Shown here: in pieces, positions 61,674 to 64,000 of the stretch
How the letters are laid out: every line of letters begins with the position of its first letter
Position numbering within the stretch: position 1 is the first letter of the stretch
From: Nitrosopumilus sp.
GTDB taxonomy: Archaea; Thermoproteota; Nitrososphaeria; Nitrososphaerales; Nitrosopumilaceae
Direction: 5' to 3'
NCBI GenBank assembly: GCA_965197525.1
Contig: OZ240211.1
Coordinates: 1,536,001-1,600,000, forward strand
DNA length: 64,000 nucleotides
Notes under the pieces: model-generated
The model's database searches: none
The model's input: only the letters and a program-made list of their open reading frames with translations
What the model was told of the DNA's origin: nothing
Program-made: the position numbers and the translations under genes

Positions 61674-62624
61674 TTAAGGACAACTCCGACATTTGCCCTC
61701 TATAAATGGTCTTCTTTTAAGATCATCTTTGATCTTTTCTAATTCATTCTTAAAACAATCTAACTCTGTTGAGATATTATAGTATTCAGATCCATACTCG
61801 CTGTAGGATTTTTTCAATGAATCATCATTGATTATCTCTGTTACTAACTTCTTGTATTTCTCAAAATCTATCTCGCTATCAGACCCCATGTGAAAACCAT
61901 TAGGTTTCCACTTTGAATAAATTACTTTGTGTTCATTTGATTTATTATAATATAAAGATTTCAGAGCATGTTCAGAAAAACCATTAACATTTTTGAAATA
62001 ATCTATTATAAATTGTCGAATATTTGATATGTCGTAATATTTTAATTCAGTGACTCTATTTTCAAAGTCAGAAAAACACTCATCCATTTTTTCTTTTATC
62101 TTGTCTTCCAGAATTTCCGCAATACTGGTTTTGCTGTCGAGTTCGTCCAACATGGTTTTTACTTTTTCCCAGTGTTTGTAGATGTGCTTGTATTTATCCT
62201 TAAGATGCTCTATTGCAGAGTCATAATAGAGATAAGCAGATTCAGATTTCAACTGGTCTTCATATAATGTCTCAGGCAGTATGCCTTCCTCCAAGTCGTG
62301 ATAATAGTGGGGGCTATCTGGGTAGTATTCCTTTGGGAATTTGATAAAGTATTTCCACCGTTCTTCCCCTCTACCGTGATCAAGTTCAACAAGTGTAAGC
62401 ATTTTGTAGACTTCATTTATGGATTTTGTATGTTCTTTTTTCTCACTGCGTGGTACTTCATTTCCGAAAAAGAACTTCTTAAGAATTACTAGCAAAAATC
62501 CCACGCCCACAGTTCCAATAATTGGTGTAATTGACTTGCTTTCATCTGGTAATATTATAGGCAATAATAGAGCTACTGATATAACTAGGATTGCACTTAT
62601 GAACCAGATATACCTTCGTCGCAA
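61674..62624 (-). CDS. Hypothetical membrane-anchored protein
   Basis: 316 aa with two N-terminal TM helices. Confidence 0.75.
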   Translation of the reverse strand: MRRRYIWFISAILVISVALLLPIILPDESKSITPIIGTVGVGFLLVILKKFFFGNEVPRSEKKEHTKSINEVYKMLTLVELDHGRGEERWKYFIKFPKEYYPDSPHYYHDLEEGILPETLYEDQLKSESAYLYYDSAIEHLKDKYKHIYKHWEKVKTMLDELDSKTSIAEILEDKIKEKMDECFSDFENRVTELKYYDISNIRQFIIDYFKNVNGFSEHALKSLYYNKSNEHKVIYSKWKPNGFHMGSDSEIDFEKYKKLVTEIINDDSLKKSYSEYGSEYYNISTELDCFKNELEKIKDDLKRRPFIEGKCRSCP

Positions 62625-62718
62625 TTCTTAACCTGTTCGTCATTATTTTGTCAATATATAACCATTATAACATTCAATTTTATACCCCTATCACGACAAC
62701 TAAGCAGACACCAAATTT

Positions 62719-62997
62719 TTAACAGAATGTAAACGGGTGGCCTACCTTTCCACAGTTCATCTTATCAAGCCCCTGCACCATGAGCTCCTCGTTTATCTGA
62801 AGCATAAACAACTTGCCGCGATCTATGTATTTGCGGTTATCATACTGGAGTCTGCATTCGTTTGAACTGTAAGATTTTTTAGTACCATGCTTGCCTAGTT
62901 TGTCTGGAGAGGATGTGTTTTTGGTCATGATTGATAGTCTGATTGACAACGCACCTCTCTGTTCAATACAGTTTTCTATTGAAAGTGTTTGATACAA
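62719..62997 (-). pseudogene. N-terminal remnant of an archaeal IS5-family transposase
   Basis: YDNRKYIDRGKLF...DKMNCGKVGHPF resembles the N...RG...MNxGKxGxP(F/Y) start of archaeal IS5 transposases; no DDE core. Confidence 0.5.
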
Positions 62998-63079
62998 CGT
63001 TCAAATTCAGTTGTTCTATGCCTAATCTGATCTGATTTTGGATTAGTTAGGCGTGGTTGATGATAATTAGGAAACAGAG

Positions 63080-63174
63080 TTCCGAAAAAGAACTTCTTAA
63101 GAATTACTAGCAAAAATCCCACGCCCACAGTTCCAATAATTGGTGTAATTGACTTGCTTTCATCTGGTAATATT
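63080..63174 (+). repeat. Exact 95-bp direct copy of 62462-62556
   Basis: TTCCGAAAAAGAAC...CTGGTAATATT read identical at both sites. Confidence 0.9.
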
Positions 63175-63176
63175 GT

Positions 63177-63251
63177 AACTTGTAATAATTACATCCCTAA
63201 CTTTACAGTCTCACGCCAAATACCCTGTCACCTCCCTAACTTTACAGTCTC
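63177..63251 (-). repeat. Right-end array of the 19-bp repeat (inverted relative to the left end)
   Basis: TCCCTAACTTTACAGTCTC at 63194-63212 and 63233-63251 (39-bp period); 63177-63193 matches left-end spacer 1. Confidence 0.85.
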
Positions 63252-63329
63252 TTGAAAACTCCCGAATATTGAACAGAGTATTATCTTCAACTCTGAATGC
63301 ATGTAAAAACATCCTCGTCGTAGTCTAGA

Positions 63330-63449
63330 TGATGGATCGACCCCTTGGGAAACATGTGCTTCGCGCACTTAACTTTGAATGGGGCAATCCGAGCTGCTGC
63401 GTTCCTGTGCCTCGCGCACTGATAGGTGATTGCAGCCTCCGATCCATCA
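63330..63449 (+). ncRNA. Candidate IS110 bridge RNA / structured left non-coding end
   Basis: Stem TGATGGATCG (63330-63339) / CGATCCATCA (63440-63449) enclosing two GTGC(T/C)TCGCGCAC hairpins (63356-63368, 63407-63419). Confidence 0.55.
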
Positions 63450-63479
63450 AAAACAATCCGCAAGGAGGTGATAAAAAGG

Positions 63480-64000
63480 ATGAGAAATATTGGAATAGAC
63501 ATTAGCAAGAGAAAATGCGTGGTATGTGTCATGGATGACAAGGAAAGAATACTAGAGGAGACTACATATGACAATACGCTAGAAGATGCAAAAGAGTTTG
63601 CAGGCAGGATGAAAAGAAAATACGGCAAGAGAAGGGGACAGTGCCGTGCGGCATGCGAGACTACAGGAAACATGTGGCTCAAGACATTTGAGGCATTTGA
63701 GGAACACGACATACCAATCCAGCTTGCCAACACCTACAAGATGAAGATAATATCAGATACTGACATCAAGACGGATCCCATCGATGCACGAAAGATTGCC
63801 AACATACTTCGTGTAGAGATGATTCCACGGTGTTATGTGGCGCCCCCAGTACTGCGTGATGCCAGAGAGCTGCTCAGGTACAGAATAAGCATGGTTCAGG
63901 CAAGGACTGCACTTATCAACTATACACACGGTCTGCTTGACAAGTACGATGTAAGACTGAACGTCTCAAACATGTACAGCAAAAAAGCCATCGGACTGCT
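63480..64000 (+). CDS. IS110-family DEDD recombinase/transposase, 3'-truncated by window edge
   Basis: Not in the ORF track (no stop in window). MRNIGIDISKRK...ACETTG...KTDPIDARKIA...RELLRYR; AGGAGGTG SD upstream. Confidence 0.9.
   Translation, partial: MRNIGIDISKRKCVVCVMDDKERILEETTYDNTLEDAKEFAGRMKRKYGKRRGQCRAACETTGNMWLKTFEAFEEHDIPIQLANTYKMKIISDTDIKTDPIDARKIANILRVEMIPRCYVAPPVLRDARELLRYRISMVQARTALINYTHGLLDKYDVRLNVSNMYSKKAIGL

Larger units (their letters stand above)
45627..63280. mobile_element. 17,654-bp cargo transposon with long TIRs and 8-bp target-site duplication
   Basis: 48-bp TIRs at 45627-45674 and 63233-63280 (47/48 identical); TTATCTTC at 45619-45626 and 63281-63288; internal IS6-like transposase. 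Confidence 0.85.

Noticed and set aside
45627-63280. Casposon or Tn7-like call for the large element
   Set aside because: No cas1, family B polymerase or TnsABC genes were found. The ends are not TGT/ACA with a 5-bp TSD, because the inverted match extends 5 bp further and the duplication is 8 bp.
63287-63733. 148-aa minus-strand ORF
   Set aside because: Antisense shadow of the IS110 transposase that starts at 63480 on the plus strand.

Overview
Archaeal chromosomal segment from an ammonia-oxidising thaumarchaeote (Nitrosopumilus-like). This is inferred from a Rieske/cytochrome b/cupredoxin complex III cluster, archaeal KEOPS, TgtA, Tyw1 and Nitrosopumilus-type surface proteins. The IS load and gene decay suggest a host-associated lineage (inference). 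Bases 1-45.6 kb are mostly core genes: his operon, thrC plus a ubiquitin-like sulfur carrier, S8 protease, complex III, a hydantoinase-family protein, repair and RNA-processing genes, tRNA-modification genes, three tandem thrombospondin type-3 repeat proteins and dus. Three insertions interrupt this core: an IS5-type element inside a decayed E1 (ThiF/MoeB) gene, a 1.5-kb islet at tRNA-Arg(TCT) carrying DUF3800 and a structured downstream RNA, and a tnpB gene enclosed by perfect 22-bp IS6-like inverted repeats. The main result is a 17,654-bp element (45627-63280) with 48-bp TIRs (47/48 identical), internal 19-bp repeat arrays at both ends and an 8-bp target duplication. It carries an intact SWIM/Zn-ribbon IS6-like DDE transposase, three HEPN-motif proteins, a Schlafen/AlbA protein, a type IV pilin preceded by tandem covarying hairpins, and exported proteins sharing a Cys-rich module. 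Related 22-bp ends bound two MITEs and the tnpB unit. An IS110 element with a structured upstream region starts at the right edge of the window. All calls are from reading the sequence; no database searches were run.
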